Positions 1 to 7,219 of a stretch of DNA of 13,371 bases are shown here, piece by piece. How positions within the stretch are numbered: position 1 is the stretch's first letter; every line of letters starts with the position of its first letter. The notes under the pieces were generated by a model. The model saw nothing but the letters and a program-made list of their open reading frames with translations, was not told the DNA's origin and ran no database searches. The stretch lies in the NCBI GenBank assembly GCA_035457305.1, contig DATIBS010000119.1, positions 1 to 13,371 on the forward strand. Direction: 5' to 3'. The position numbers were made by a program, and so were the translations under genes. Source of the stretch: Gemmatimonadales bacterium. GTDB taxonomy: Bacteria; Gemmatimonadota; Gemmatimonadetes; Gemmatimonadales; GWC2-71-9.

Positions 1-49
1 GGTGATCGGCGTTCCCGTGTTCCTGGCGCAGCTGCGCCGTCTCTCGTGA
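1..49 (+). CDS. 3' end of an ABC transporter permease of the FecCD/BtuC family. Partial: the start lies upstream of the window.
   Basis: The frame starting at position 2 translates to VIGVPVFLAQLRRLS*. This resembles the conserved C-termini of FecCD-family permeases (...G.P.FL.LLRR). Its stop codon TGA (47-49) overlaps the GTG start of the downstream ABC ATPase as GTGA. Third-codon-position GC is high. Confidence 0.5.
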   Translation, partial: VIGVPVFLAQLRRLS

Positions 50-843
50 TCCGCTTCGAGGACGTCGTCGCGCGCTACCCGCGCGCCGCGCGCGAGGCGC
101 TCGCCGGCGTATCGCTCGAGGCGGCGCGCGGCCGGCTCACCGCCGTGGTGGGGCCGAACGGAAGCGGGAAGACGACTCTGCTTCGCGTCCTGCTCGGCCT
201 CCTCCGACCCTCGAGGGGCGACGTCACCCTCGACGGCCGCGCGCTCGCCTCCTGGGGCCGCGCCGCGCTGGCCCGGGCGGTCGGAGTCGTGCCCCAGCGG
301 GAGGAGGAGGCATTCCCGCTCCGGGTGGAGGAGGCGGTGATGCTGGGTCGGTATCCCCACCTCGGTCCTCTCGCTCCTCCGGGCGCCGCCGATCGCGCGG
401 CCGTCGAGCGGGCGATGACCCGAGCCGACGTCCACGGACTCCGGGACCGCCCGACCGATCGCCTGAGCGCCGGGGAGGCCCAGCGGGTACGGGTGGCGCG
501 CGCCCTCGCCCAGGAGCCCTCGCTCCTGGTGCTCGACGAACCGACCGCGTCCCTCGACGTGCGCCACGAGATGGAGCTCTTCGAGCTGGTGCGGGGGCTG
601 GTCGACCAGGGACTCGGCGCCCTGGTCATCACGCACCACCTCAACCTCGCGGCCCGGTATGCCGACCGGATGCTCATGCTCGATGGGGGACGGACCGCGG
701 GGCAGGGGACGCCGGCGTCCGTGCTCACCGAGACCGCGGTGTCGCGCGTGTTCCGCTGGCCGGTCGCGCGGACGACCTGGCACGACGGCTCGCCCCAGGT
801 CGTTCCGCTCCGGCCGTCGGAGCCGGGGCGGCCGGACGGCTAG
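46..843 (+). CDS. ABC transporter ATP-binding protein of the iron-siderophore/hemin/cobalamin importer type (FecE/FepC/BtuD/HmuV family).
   Basis: Walker A is GPNGSGKTTLL. The ABC signature is LSAGEAQRVRVARAL. Walker B is LLVLDEPTASLD. An H-loop is present (ITHHLN). The protein is 265 aa, typical for this family. The start is a GTG overlapping the upstream permease stop. Codon GC3 is high. Confidence 0.9.
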   Translation: MIRFEDVVARYPRAAREALAGVSLEAARGRLTAVVGPNGSGKTTLLRVLLGLLRPSRGDVTLDGRALASWGRAALARAVGVVPQREEEAFPLRVEEAVMLGRYPHLGPLAPPGAADRAAVERAMTRADVHGLRDRPTDRLSAGEAQRVRVARALAQEPSLLVLDEPTASLDVRHEMELFELVRGLVDQGLGALVITHHLNLAARYADRMLMLDGGRTAGQGTPASVLTETAVSRVFRWPVARTTWHDGSPQVVPLRPSEPGRPDG

Positions 844-895
844 GCGGCCGGACGGCAGGAGCTGCGGCCCGATCCACTCCCTCGACTCTCGACCC

Positions 896-2842
896 ATGCA
901 CCCTCGCGCCCTCATCCTCCTCGCCCTTCTCCTCGTCCCCCCCACGCTGGCGGCGCAGGAGCCGGTCGAGCTCGAGGAGATCGTCGTCACGGCCACGCGC
1001 TCGCCGGAGCCGGCGGACCGCGTGTCCTCCCCCACCACCGTGCTCGACGGGGAAGCGCTGCGCCGACGCGGCATCCGGCTGGTCGCCGACGCCCTCCGTG
1101 AGGTGCCCTCCGCCTTCGTCGTGCCCACGGGCTCGTGGGGCGGGGTGACGTCGCTCTTCCTGCGCGGCGGCGAGAGCGACTACGTGAAGGTGCTGGTGGA
1201 CGGGGTGCCGCTCAACGCGCCGGGCGGCTACGTGGACCTGGCCGCGCTCACGATGGACAACGTGGAGCGCGTGGAGGTCGTCCGCGGCCCGGCCAGCGTG
1301 CTCTACGGGTCGGACGCGGTCTCGGGTGTGATCCAGCTCTTCACCCGGCCGGGCCAGGGGCCGGCGCGGGGTGGCGCGGCGCTCACCGGCGGGAGTTTCG
1401 GTTCCTGGGCGGGCGAACTGTGGGGGAGCGCCGGCGGGGCCCGGCTGGGCGCGAGCGCGGCGGCTGCGCGCAGCCGGACGGACGGGATCCACGATTTCAA
1501 CAGCGACTTCGAGAACACCGTGCTGAGCGCGCGGATGCACGCGGCGCCGGGCACGGCCACCGACCTCGCCGTGAGCGCCCGCTTCGGCGACCACACCTCG
1601 CACTTCCCGACCGACTTCACCGGAGCGCCGGTGGACCGGAACCAGCGCACCTTCGAGCGCGGACTCACCCTCGGACTCGAGGCCGCGCACCGGATATCGC
1701 CGGCCGTGGAGGCGCGCCTGGCGCTCAGCCTGCTCGACGCCGACGGCGGGTCGGCCGACGATCCCGACAGCGCCGCCGATACGGCGGGCTACGCCTTTGC
1801 CTCGCACCGCGCGCGCGAGGTCGCCCGGCGGGGCGCTGACGGCCGGCTGCTGTTCCACCCGCGACCCGGGGTGTCGCTCACGGCCGGGGTCGCCGTGGAG
1901 CGGGAGTCGGAGGCCCAGTCGGGCTGGTCCACCTCGAACTTCGGCGGCGGCGCCTTCACCGAGCCCGACACGCCATTCGACCGGAGCCGCACGACCCACG
2001 GCGGGTACGTGCAGGCCCTGGTGCAGCCGGTCGACCGGGTCTCGGTCACTGGCGGGACGCGGGTGGACGACAGCGATGCGTTCGGTTCGTTCGCGACCTG
2101 GCGGGTCGGGGCCGTGGTGCGGGCCGCCCGGGCCACCCGGCTCCGGGCCAGTGCGGGGACCGCGTTCAAGGCCCCCTCGCTGGCGGAGACGTGGGCTGAT
2201 TCCCCCTTCGAGGTCGGGAACCCGGCGCTCGAGCCGGAGCGCACGAGCAGTTGGGAGGTCGGCCTCGCCCAGGAGTTGCTCGCCGGCGCCCTCACGGTGG
2301 AGGCGACATGGTTCGACCAGCAGTTCCACGACCTGATCCAGTACCAGTCGGCCGAGCCCGGGGAGCCGACCTACTTCAACCTCGGGGCCGCCACGGCGCG
2401 CGGGCTCGAGGCCGCGGGCAGGGTCCGGCTCGGCAGCCGGATACGCCTCGGGATCGGCTGGACCCGGCTGCACACCGAGGTGACCGAATCGGGCACCGGC
2501 GCCACGAGCGCGTTCGCCCCCGGGGAGGCGCTGCTCCGCCGGCCGGCGAACTCGGGCTCGGTCAGCGTGGACTGGCTGGCGTCGCCGGCGATCCGCCTCG
2601 GTGCGCGGGTGTCGATCGCCGGCCCGCGGGAGGATCTGGACTATGCCGAGTTCCCCGCCCGCCGCACGACTCTGGAGGGGTACGCGCTGACGGATCTCTC
2701 GGCCGAGGCCCGGCTCCCGGTCGCTGCGGGTCTCCTCGCCACGCTCCGGGTCGAGAACGCGTTCGATGCGGACTACGAGACGATCGTGGGCTATCCCGGT
2801 CGCGGCCGGGCCGTCTTCCTGGGGCTCCGCACCGGACTCTAG
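896..2842 (+). CDS. TonB-dependent outer-membrane receptor, BtuB/CirA-like, with a plug domain and a 22-strand barrel. The real start is the internal ATG at 896, not the ORF-track start at 659.
   Basis: The N-terminus MHPRALILLALLLVPPTLAAQEP is a signal peptide. A TonB box follows (EEIVVTATR). The plug domain is recognisable (VLDGEALRRRGIRLVADALREVPSAFVV...GGVTSLFLRGGESDYVKVLVDGVPLN...VERVEVVRGPASVLYGSDAVSGVIQLFT). A long beta-barrel region ends with an alternating hydrophobic C-terminal beta-signal (AVFLGLRTGL). The protein is 649 aa. The 659 start would add an Arg/Pro-rich junk N-terminus that overlaps the ATPase gene. Confidence 0.88.
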   Translation: MHPRALILLALLLVPPTLAAQEPVELEEIVVTATRSPEPADRVSSPTTVLDGEALRRRGIRLVADALREVPSAFVVPTGSWGGVTSLFLRGGESDYVKVLVDGVPLNAPGGYVDLAALTMDNVERVEVVRGPASVLYGSDAVSGVIQLFTRPGQGPARGGAALTGGSFGSWAGELWGSAGGARLGASAAAARSRTDGIHDFNSDFENTVLSARMHAAPGTATDLAVSARFGDHTSHFPTDFTGAPVDRNQRTFERGLTLGLEAAHRISPAVEARLALSLLDADGGSADDPDSAADTAGYAFASHRAREVARRGADGRLLFHPRPGVSLTAGVAVERESEAQSGWSTSNFGGGAFTEPDTPFDRSRTTHGGYVQALVQPVDRVSVTGGTRVDDSDAFGSFATWRVGAVVRAARATRLRASAGTAFKAPSLAETWADSPFEVGNPALEPERTSSWEVGLAQELLAGALTVEATWFDQQFHDLIQYQSAEPGEPTYFNLGAATARGLEAAGRVRLGSRIRLGIGWTRLHTEVTESGTGATSAFAPGEALLRRPANSGSVSVDWLASPAIRLGARVSIAGPREDLDYAEFPARRTTLEGYALTDLSAEARLPVAAGLLATLRVENAFDADYETIVGYPGRGRAVFLGLRTGL

Positions 2843-2878
2843 GTCGCTCCGGGGGGTGATGCGCTTACCTTTCTCCCG

Positions 2879-3940
2879 ATGCCTTCCACGATCCTCCGTC
2901 GCGCAGCACCGCTTCTCGCGGCGGGGCTGGTGGCCTGTGCCGAGGTGGCCGATCCGCTTCCACCGCCGGAGGCGCTCCTGCTCGTGCCGGATTCGGCCAC
3001 GGCTGAACTCGCCGTCCGGCCGATCCTCGCGCCCGAGGATGTCGCCGTCCTCCCGCTCGGGCCCGGGGCCACCCCGACCGGTGTCGCCACCCGCGGCGGT
3101 CTGGCCGCCCTGCCACTCGGCTCGGGCGACCAGGTGGTGGTCATCGACCTGGCCCTCGGTACCGTGCTCCGGGAGGTCGACTTCCCGGTCGGGGCGTACC
3201 CCTCGGCGGCGGCATTCGCCTCCGATACCGTGCTCTTCGTCGCCCTGGCGGGGATCGATCGGGTGGGAAGGGTCTCGCTCGTTACCGGAGACACCTCGTC
3301 GATGGCGGTGGGCGTGGACCCGCGGGGGCTCGCATTCACCCGTGGCCGCCTCTTCGTGCTCAATGCCAACACGGAACCCTGCGCGGGGACGGCCGACCGC
3401 TGCGCCCGCGGGCCGAGCTGGATCACCGCGATCGATCCAGCCGAGTTCGCCGGGGCGGGCACTCCCGACTCCATCGGACTGCCCGGCGCGGTGAATGCGA
3501 CGACCGCCACGGTCGGGATCGACGGCCAGCTCTACGTGGTGGCGGCGGGCGACCCCGCCTCGCCGGAGGGTCGCCTTCATGTCGTGGACCCGGTCGAGGG
3601 GACGGAGCTGGCGAACTTCGGGGGACTCGGTAGCCGACCGGGGTCGGCCGCCGCTCTCGACGACCGGATCCTCATCGCCTCCCGGAGCGAGGGGCTGCTC
3701 GAGTTCGACACCCGGGCGCGGGAATTCCTCCGCGGGGCGGGGGAGGGCGTCCCACTCGCCGGCGCCGTCGGGGTTGCCGTGGACGAGGACGGGCGGGTCT
3801 GGGTTCCACGCGAGGCGGATTGCCCGGGGACACCCGGTGTCCTCAGCGTCCTCCGGCGTGACCTCACCCTGCTCCGCGAACTGCCGTCGGGGCCCTGCCC
3901 GAGCGGCGTGGCGCTGGCGCTGGTTCCGCGCGAGCCCTGA
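2879..3940 (+). CDS. Beta-propeller lipoprotein with YVTN/YncE-like repeats, a probable partner of the TonB-dependent receptor for ligand capture at the cell surface.
   Basis: The lipoprotein signal is MPSTILRRAAPLLAAGLVAC, with lipobox LVAC and Ala at +2. The sequence has repeated blade-like segments (VVVIDLALGTVLREVDFPVGAYP, VSLVTGDTSSMAVGVDPRGLAF, GRLFVLNANTE, LYVVAAGDPASPEGRLHVVDP, GRVWVP). It starts 36 nt after the receptor stop. The pairing of a receptor with a YVTN beta-propeller has precedents in E. coli yncD-yncE and Bacteroides btuB-btuG. Confidence 0.72.
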   Translation: MPSTILRRAAPLLAAGLVACAEVADPLPPPEALLLVPDSATAELAVRPILAPEDVAVLPLGPGATPTGVATRGGLAALPLGSGDQVVVIDLALGTVLREVDFPVGAYPSAAAFASDTVLFVALAGIDRVGRVSLVTGDTSSMAVGVDPRGLAFTRGRLFVLNANTEPCAGTADRCARGPSWITAIDPAEFAGAGTPDSIGLPGAVNATTATVGIDGQLYVVAAGDPASPEGRLHVVDPVEGTELANFGGLGSRPGSAAALDDRILIASRSEGLLEFDTRAREFLRGAGEGVPLAGAVGVAVDEDGRVWVPREADCPGTPGVLSVLRRDLTLLRELPSGPCPSGVALALVPREP

Positions 3941-3956
3941 GGGCGCACCGCGCCCC

Positions 3957-4718
3957 ATGCCGGCCGTCACCACTTCCGCGATCCTCCTCTCCACCCTCCG
4001 GTACGGCGAGACCTCGAAGATCGTCCGGCTCGCCACCCGCGAGCATGGCGTCGTGAGCGCCATCGCGAAGGGTGCGCTCCGCCCGAGGAGCCGGTTCGGC
4101 GCCGCGCTCCAGCCGCTGTCGAGCGGCACCGCCCACCTGGTGATGCACGAACATCGCGACCTGCACCTGCTCACCGGCTTCGACCTGGCGCGGCTTCGCG
4201 TGGGCCTCGCGGGCGACGTCGCGCGCTTCGCGGCCGCCAGCGCGCTCGCCGAGGTGATGCAGCGCTTCGGGCACCCCGAGCCGCATCCGGAGAGCGCCGA
4301 CCTGCTCGAGGGCGGGCTCACACTGCTCGAGGACGCGCCGCTGGAGGCACTCGAGCCCCTGGCCCTGCGGCTGCTCTGGCGACTTGTCGCGGTCCTGGGC
4401 TTCGCGCCGACACTCGAGCACTGCGCGCGTGACGGGGCACCGGTGGCGCCGGTCGGCCCCCTGCCATTCAGCGCCCAGGACGGCGGCGCGCTCTGCGCCG
4501 CCTGCGCCGCGGGCCACGCCGCCACCCGGCTTCCGGAGGAGGCCCGGCAAGGACTCGCCGACCTCCTCGACCCGCAGGCCCCGCTGCCGGAGTTCGACCG
4601 GCCGCACGCCGCGGCGCACCGCCGGCTCCTCGCGCGCTACGTCCAGTACCACCTGGCGGAAGGCGCGGAACTCCCGGCCCTCCGCTTCTGGGAACGCGCC
4701 CCGTGGGAGGCGCCGTGA
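3957..4718 (+). CDS. recO: DNA repair and recombination mediator protein RecO.
   Basis: An N-terminal OB-fold region (AILLSTLRYGETSKIVRLATREHGVVSAIAKGALRPRSRFGAALQPLS) aligns with the RecO N-terminus. The C-terminal half carries a C-x2-C...C-x2-C zinc-finger-like motif (EHCARDG...GALCAACAAG). The protein is 253 aa. The start ATG at 3957 is in frame with the long track ORF that begins at 3495. The upstream part of that track ORF overlaps the lipoprotein gene and is not coding. Confidence 0.85.
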   Translation: MPAVTTSAILLSTLRYGETSKIVRLATREHGVVSAIAKGALRPRSRFGAALQPLSSGTAHLVMHEHRDLHLLTGFDLARLRVGLAGDVARFAAASALAEVMQRFGHPEPHPESADLLEGGLTLLEDAPLEALEPLALRLLWRLVAVLGFAPTLEHCARDGAPVAPVGPLPFSAQDGGALCAACAAGHAATRLPEEARQGLADLLDPQAPLPEFDRPHAAAHRRLLARYVQYHLAEGAELPALRFWERAPWEAP

Positions 4719-6499
4719 TCGTCGGCACGGCCGGCCACGTGGACCACGGCAAGTCCGCGCTGGTGGAGGCCCTCACCGGACGGCGAATGGACCGCCTGGC
4801 CGAGGAGCGGCGCCGGGGACTCACGATCGAGCTCAACTTCGCCCCGCTCGAGCTCGGGGGCGCGCACGCCGGGGTGGTGGACGTGCCAGGGCACGAGGAC
4901 CTCGTGCGCACCATGGCCGCCGGCGCCGCCGGCATGGACGTGGTGCTGCTCGTGGTCGCCGCCGACGAAGGGATCCGCCCCCAGACGCGCGAGCACCGCG
5001 CCGTGCTCGAGGCACTCCGGGTACCGCGCGGCATCCCCGTGGTCACGCGAGCCGACCTGGCCGGGCGGGAGCGGGCCGCCCGCGTGGCGGATGACCTCGC
5101 GGCATGGCTGGAGAGCTCGGTGGTGGCGTTCGAACCGCCGGTGGTGGTGAGCGCCCGCACCGGCGAAGGCATCGATGCACTCCGGACCCGGCTGGCGCGG
5201 CTCGCCGCGGAGCCGCACGGTACCACCGACCCCCGCGCCGACCTGTTCCGGCTGAACGTGGACCGGGTGTTCTCCTCTCCGGGTGCGGGCACCGTGGTCA
5301 CCGGGAGCGTGGTGAGCGGCACCCTGCGGGTCGGAGACCGCGTGGCGCTCCTCCCCGGGCCCACCGCCGCCCGGATCCGCGCCGTCGAGTCCTTCGGACG
5401 TGCCGTGGAGGAGGCGGTGGCGGGCGATCGGGTCGGGCTCGCGCTGGCGCTGCAGGCGGGTGAGGCGGAGCGTGGCCGGGTGGTGGTCGCGGCCGGCGCC
5501 CCGTGGCGGGAAACCCTGGCGCTCGATGTGTCGCTGGAGCTCGAGCCTGGGGCGGTCGAGCCGCCGCACGGGGCGCGGGTGCGCCTCCTCGCCGGGACGA
5601 CGGAACGGCTCGCCCGGCTGCGTCGGCGGGCCGACCGCCCGGGCAAGGCCCGTCTGGCGCTGGAGTCCCCGATGGTGGCCCGGGGCGGCGACCGCTTCGT
5701 GCTCCGGAGCTACAGCCCGGTGCGCACTCTCGGTGGGGGCGTGGTGCTCGATCCCTCGCCGCCGTCCCGGGCGCCCTGGACCCCGGGCCTCGACTCCGGC
5801 AATCCGGCGGACCGGCTCGGCGCTCTGGTGGCACGGCGGCCGGACGGGATCGTCCCCGACGAGGTCCCCGTGCTGCTCGGTGTCGCCCCGGTGGCGGCGC
5901 GCGAGGTGATCGTCGCGGCCGGGCTCGTCGGTCACGAAGGCCGACTCCTCGATCGCGTTGCGGTGGCGGCCGCGCGCGAGGCAGTCCTCGCTGCCTTGGA
6001 CGGCGCCGAGCCCGTTGCGCTGGCGGCGCTCCGCACCCTCCCGCGCCAGCGGCGCCGGGCGCTCGGGGCGGCACTCGCCCGGCTCGTGGAGGACGGGGCG
6101 CTCTCGATCCGGGACGGTCGGGCTCGCCGCGGCGTCTGGCCCGACCAACCTTCGGCGGCAGCCGCGGCGCTCGCCGCCCGGGTGGAGGAATCCGGCTTCG
6201 CCGCGCCGGGGCTCGCCGACCTGGGCTCGGACGCCTCCGCGGCGCGGCTTCGCGAGGCCGAGCTCGCCGGGCTCGTCCTTCGCGTGGATCAGGACCGGTG
6301 GCTGGGCGCCGCGGCGGCCCGGCGGTTGCAGGTGCTGCTGCAGGAACTTGCCGGCACGGGCGAGATCACCCCGGCCCGACTCCGGGAGAGGACGGGGCTG
6401 TCCCGGAAGTACCTGATCCCGCTCCTCGAGTGGTCGGATCGCCAGGGCTGGACCCTTCGCCGGGGCGAGGCGCGGACGGCCGGCCCGCGGCTCGCTTGA
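4715..6499 (+). CDS. selB: Selenocysteine-specific translation elongation factor SelB.
   Basis: N-terminal GTPase motifs are present: VIVGTAGHVDHGKS (G1), DVPGHE (G3) and TRADL (G4). Domains II-III follow (RVFSSPGAGTVVTGSVVSGTLRVGD). A long C-terminal extension carries winged-helix repeats (...LSRKYLIPLLEWSDRQGWTLRRG). That extension is characteristic of SelB and absent from EF-Tu. The likely start is GTG 4715, overlapping the recO stop as GTGA. The track ATG at 4703 is an in-frame alternative. The protein is about 594 aa. Confidence 0.85.
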   Translation: MIVGTAGHVDHGKSALVEALTGRRMDRLAEERRRGLTIELNFAPLELGGAHAGVVDVPGHEDLVRTMAAGAAGMDVVLLVVAADEGIRPQTREHRAVLEALRVPRGIPVVTRADLAGRERAARVADDLAAWLESSVVAFEPPVVVSARTGEGIDALRTRLARLAAEPHGTTDPRADLFRLNVDRVFSSPGAGTVVTGSVVSGTLRVGDRVALLPGPTAARIRAVESFGRAVEEAVAGDRVGLALALQAGEAERGRVVVAAGAPWRETLALDVSLELEPGAVEPPHGARVRLLAGTTERLARLRRRADRPGKARLALESPMVARGGDRFVLRSYSPVRTLGGGVVLDPSPPSRAPWTPGLDSGNPADRLGALVARRPDGIVPDEVPVLLGVAPVAAREVIVAAGLVGHEGRLLDRVAVAAAREAVLAALDGAEPVALAALRTLPRQRRRALGAALARLVEDGALSIRDGRARRGVWPDQPSAAAAALAARVEESGFAAPGLADLGSDASAARLREAELAGLVLRVDQDRWLGAAAARRLQVLLQELAGTGEITPARLRERTGLSRKYLIPLLEWSDRQGWTLRRGEARTAGPRLA

Positions 6500-6501
6500 C
6501 A

Positions 6502-6528
6502 GCCGGCTCCGCTGGCCGGCATCTTTTC
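6502..6528 (+). terminator. Rho-independent terminator after selB.
   Basis: A palindromic stem GCCGGC (6502-6507) pairs with GCCGGC (6515-6520) around a 7-nt loop. It is followed by A and then TCTTTT. It sits 3 nt after the selB stop. Confidence 0.6.
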
Positions 6529-6612
6529 GACTAACCGCCAGTCGGACAAGCACTTTCACGCCAGCAGGAGGCCCGCGAGCGACCCAACCCTTCCGTCAGC
6601 CAAGGAGTCCCC

Positions 6613-7044
6613 ATGCGCAGGTTGGCGTGGCCGGGTTGGGGGCTCGTCCTGCTGGCACTTGCGGCACCGCTGTCGGCCCAGGAGGCCATGCCGCCGCCGG
6701 TGGACCTGGGGGAGAACTTCCCCAACCCTTTCTGGCCCTCGACCACCATCCCCTTCACCCTCAACCCTGAGTTGTGCCGCGGGGGGCGGCGACCCGAAGT
6801 CACGCTGCGGATCGTGAACGTCCTGGCGCAGGAGGTGGCGACACCAGTTCTGCGCGGCACGGACAGCCTTCGTGTGGATCGCGTGCGGCTCTTCTGCGGG
6901 CGATTCCTGGCTGACTGGGACGGGGAGTTCAGCGATCCGGGCCTGGAACTGAGCCCTGGCGTGTACCTCTATGTCCTGACGGTCAACGACCGGCGCTATG
7001 TCGGCCGGATGATCGCCCGGCGCCCCACCTCGACGCCACCGTAG
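6613..7044 (+). CDS. Small secreted protein consisting of a signal peptide plus a single T9SS-type C-terminal sorting domain or FlgD-Ig-like domain (Por_Secre_tail-like), with no cargo domain.
   Basis: The signal peptide is MRRLAWPGWGLVLLALAAPLSAQEA. The mature part carries hallmark motifs of the TIGR04183/PF13860 family: NFPNPFWPSTTIPFTL, EVTLRIVNVLAQEVATPV and LSPGVYLYVLTVNDRRYVGRMI. A strong SD AAGGAG lies 5 nt upstream of the ATG. The gene is flanked by terminator hairpins on both sides. The protein is 143 aa. Confidence 0.75.
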   Translation: MRRLAWPGWGLVLLALAAPLSAQEAMPPPVDLGENFPNPFWPSTTIPFTLNPELCRGGRRPEVTLRIVNVLAQEVATPVLRGTDSLRVDRVRLFCGRFLADWDGEFSDPGLELSPGVYLYVLTVNDRRYVGRMIARRPTSTPP

Positions 7045-7079
7045 CCGGAGCGGCCTAACGCCGCTCCGGCATGCGTTTT
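7045..7079 (+). terminator. Rho-independent terminator after the small secreted-protein gene.
   Basis: The stem CCGGAGCGGC (7045-7054) pairs with GCCGCTCCGG (7060-7069) around the loop CTAAC. It is followed by CATGCGTTTTA. It lies immediately after the TAG stop. Confidence 0.7.
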
Positions 7080-7219
7080 AGACCTGTCCACATCACAAAA
7101 CACTGCCATCGCGGCAGGTTCCGCGGGAATGGCCCTTGCACCCCGGACCGCGGAGCGGAATCTTGGCGCCACGAGCGGACGTCCGGCACGAAGGCGCCCC
7201 GCCGGAAAGGGACCAGCCG

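Noticed and set aside
659-895. The 5' extension of the receptor ORF back to ATG 659.
   Set aside because: The extension (MPTGCSCSMGDGPRGRGRRRP...) is Arg/Pro junk that overlaps the ATPase gene. A textbook signal peptide and TonB box begin at ATG 896.
2843-2878. An alternative ATG at 2859 (MRLPFSRCLP...) as the lipoprotein start.
   Set aside because: It is in a different frame (track ORF 2766-3494) whose product is Ser/Pro/Arg-rich junk. The 2879 frame gives a lipobox and beta-propeller repeats.
725-4525. A 1266-aa minus-strand ORF spanning the ATPase, receptor, lipoprotein and recO genes.
   Set aside because: Its composition is Arg/Pro/Gly/Ala-dominated with no motifs, which is typical of stop-free antisense frames in DNA with more than 70% GC. 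It is antisense to four genes with clear homology and correct codon bias.
4637-6559. A 640-aa minus-strand ORF, plus the nested ORFs 4468-5646(-), 5298-6074(-), 5503-6534(+), 5400-5909(+) and 5958-6416(+).
   Set aside because: All overlap selB, either antisense or in an alternative frame. Their translations are low-complexity Arg/Gly/Pro. selB has unambiguous GTPase and winged-helix motifs.
7080-7219. A sigma-54-like TGGCGC-N5-AGCGG near 7170-7185 upstream of clpB.
   Set aside because: The -12 element does not match the TTGCW consensus. No enhancer-binding protein context is visible. Chance occurrence is likely in GC-rich DNA.
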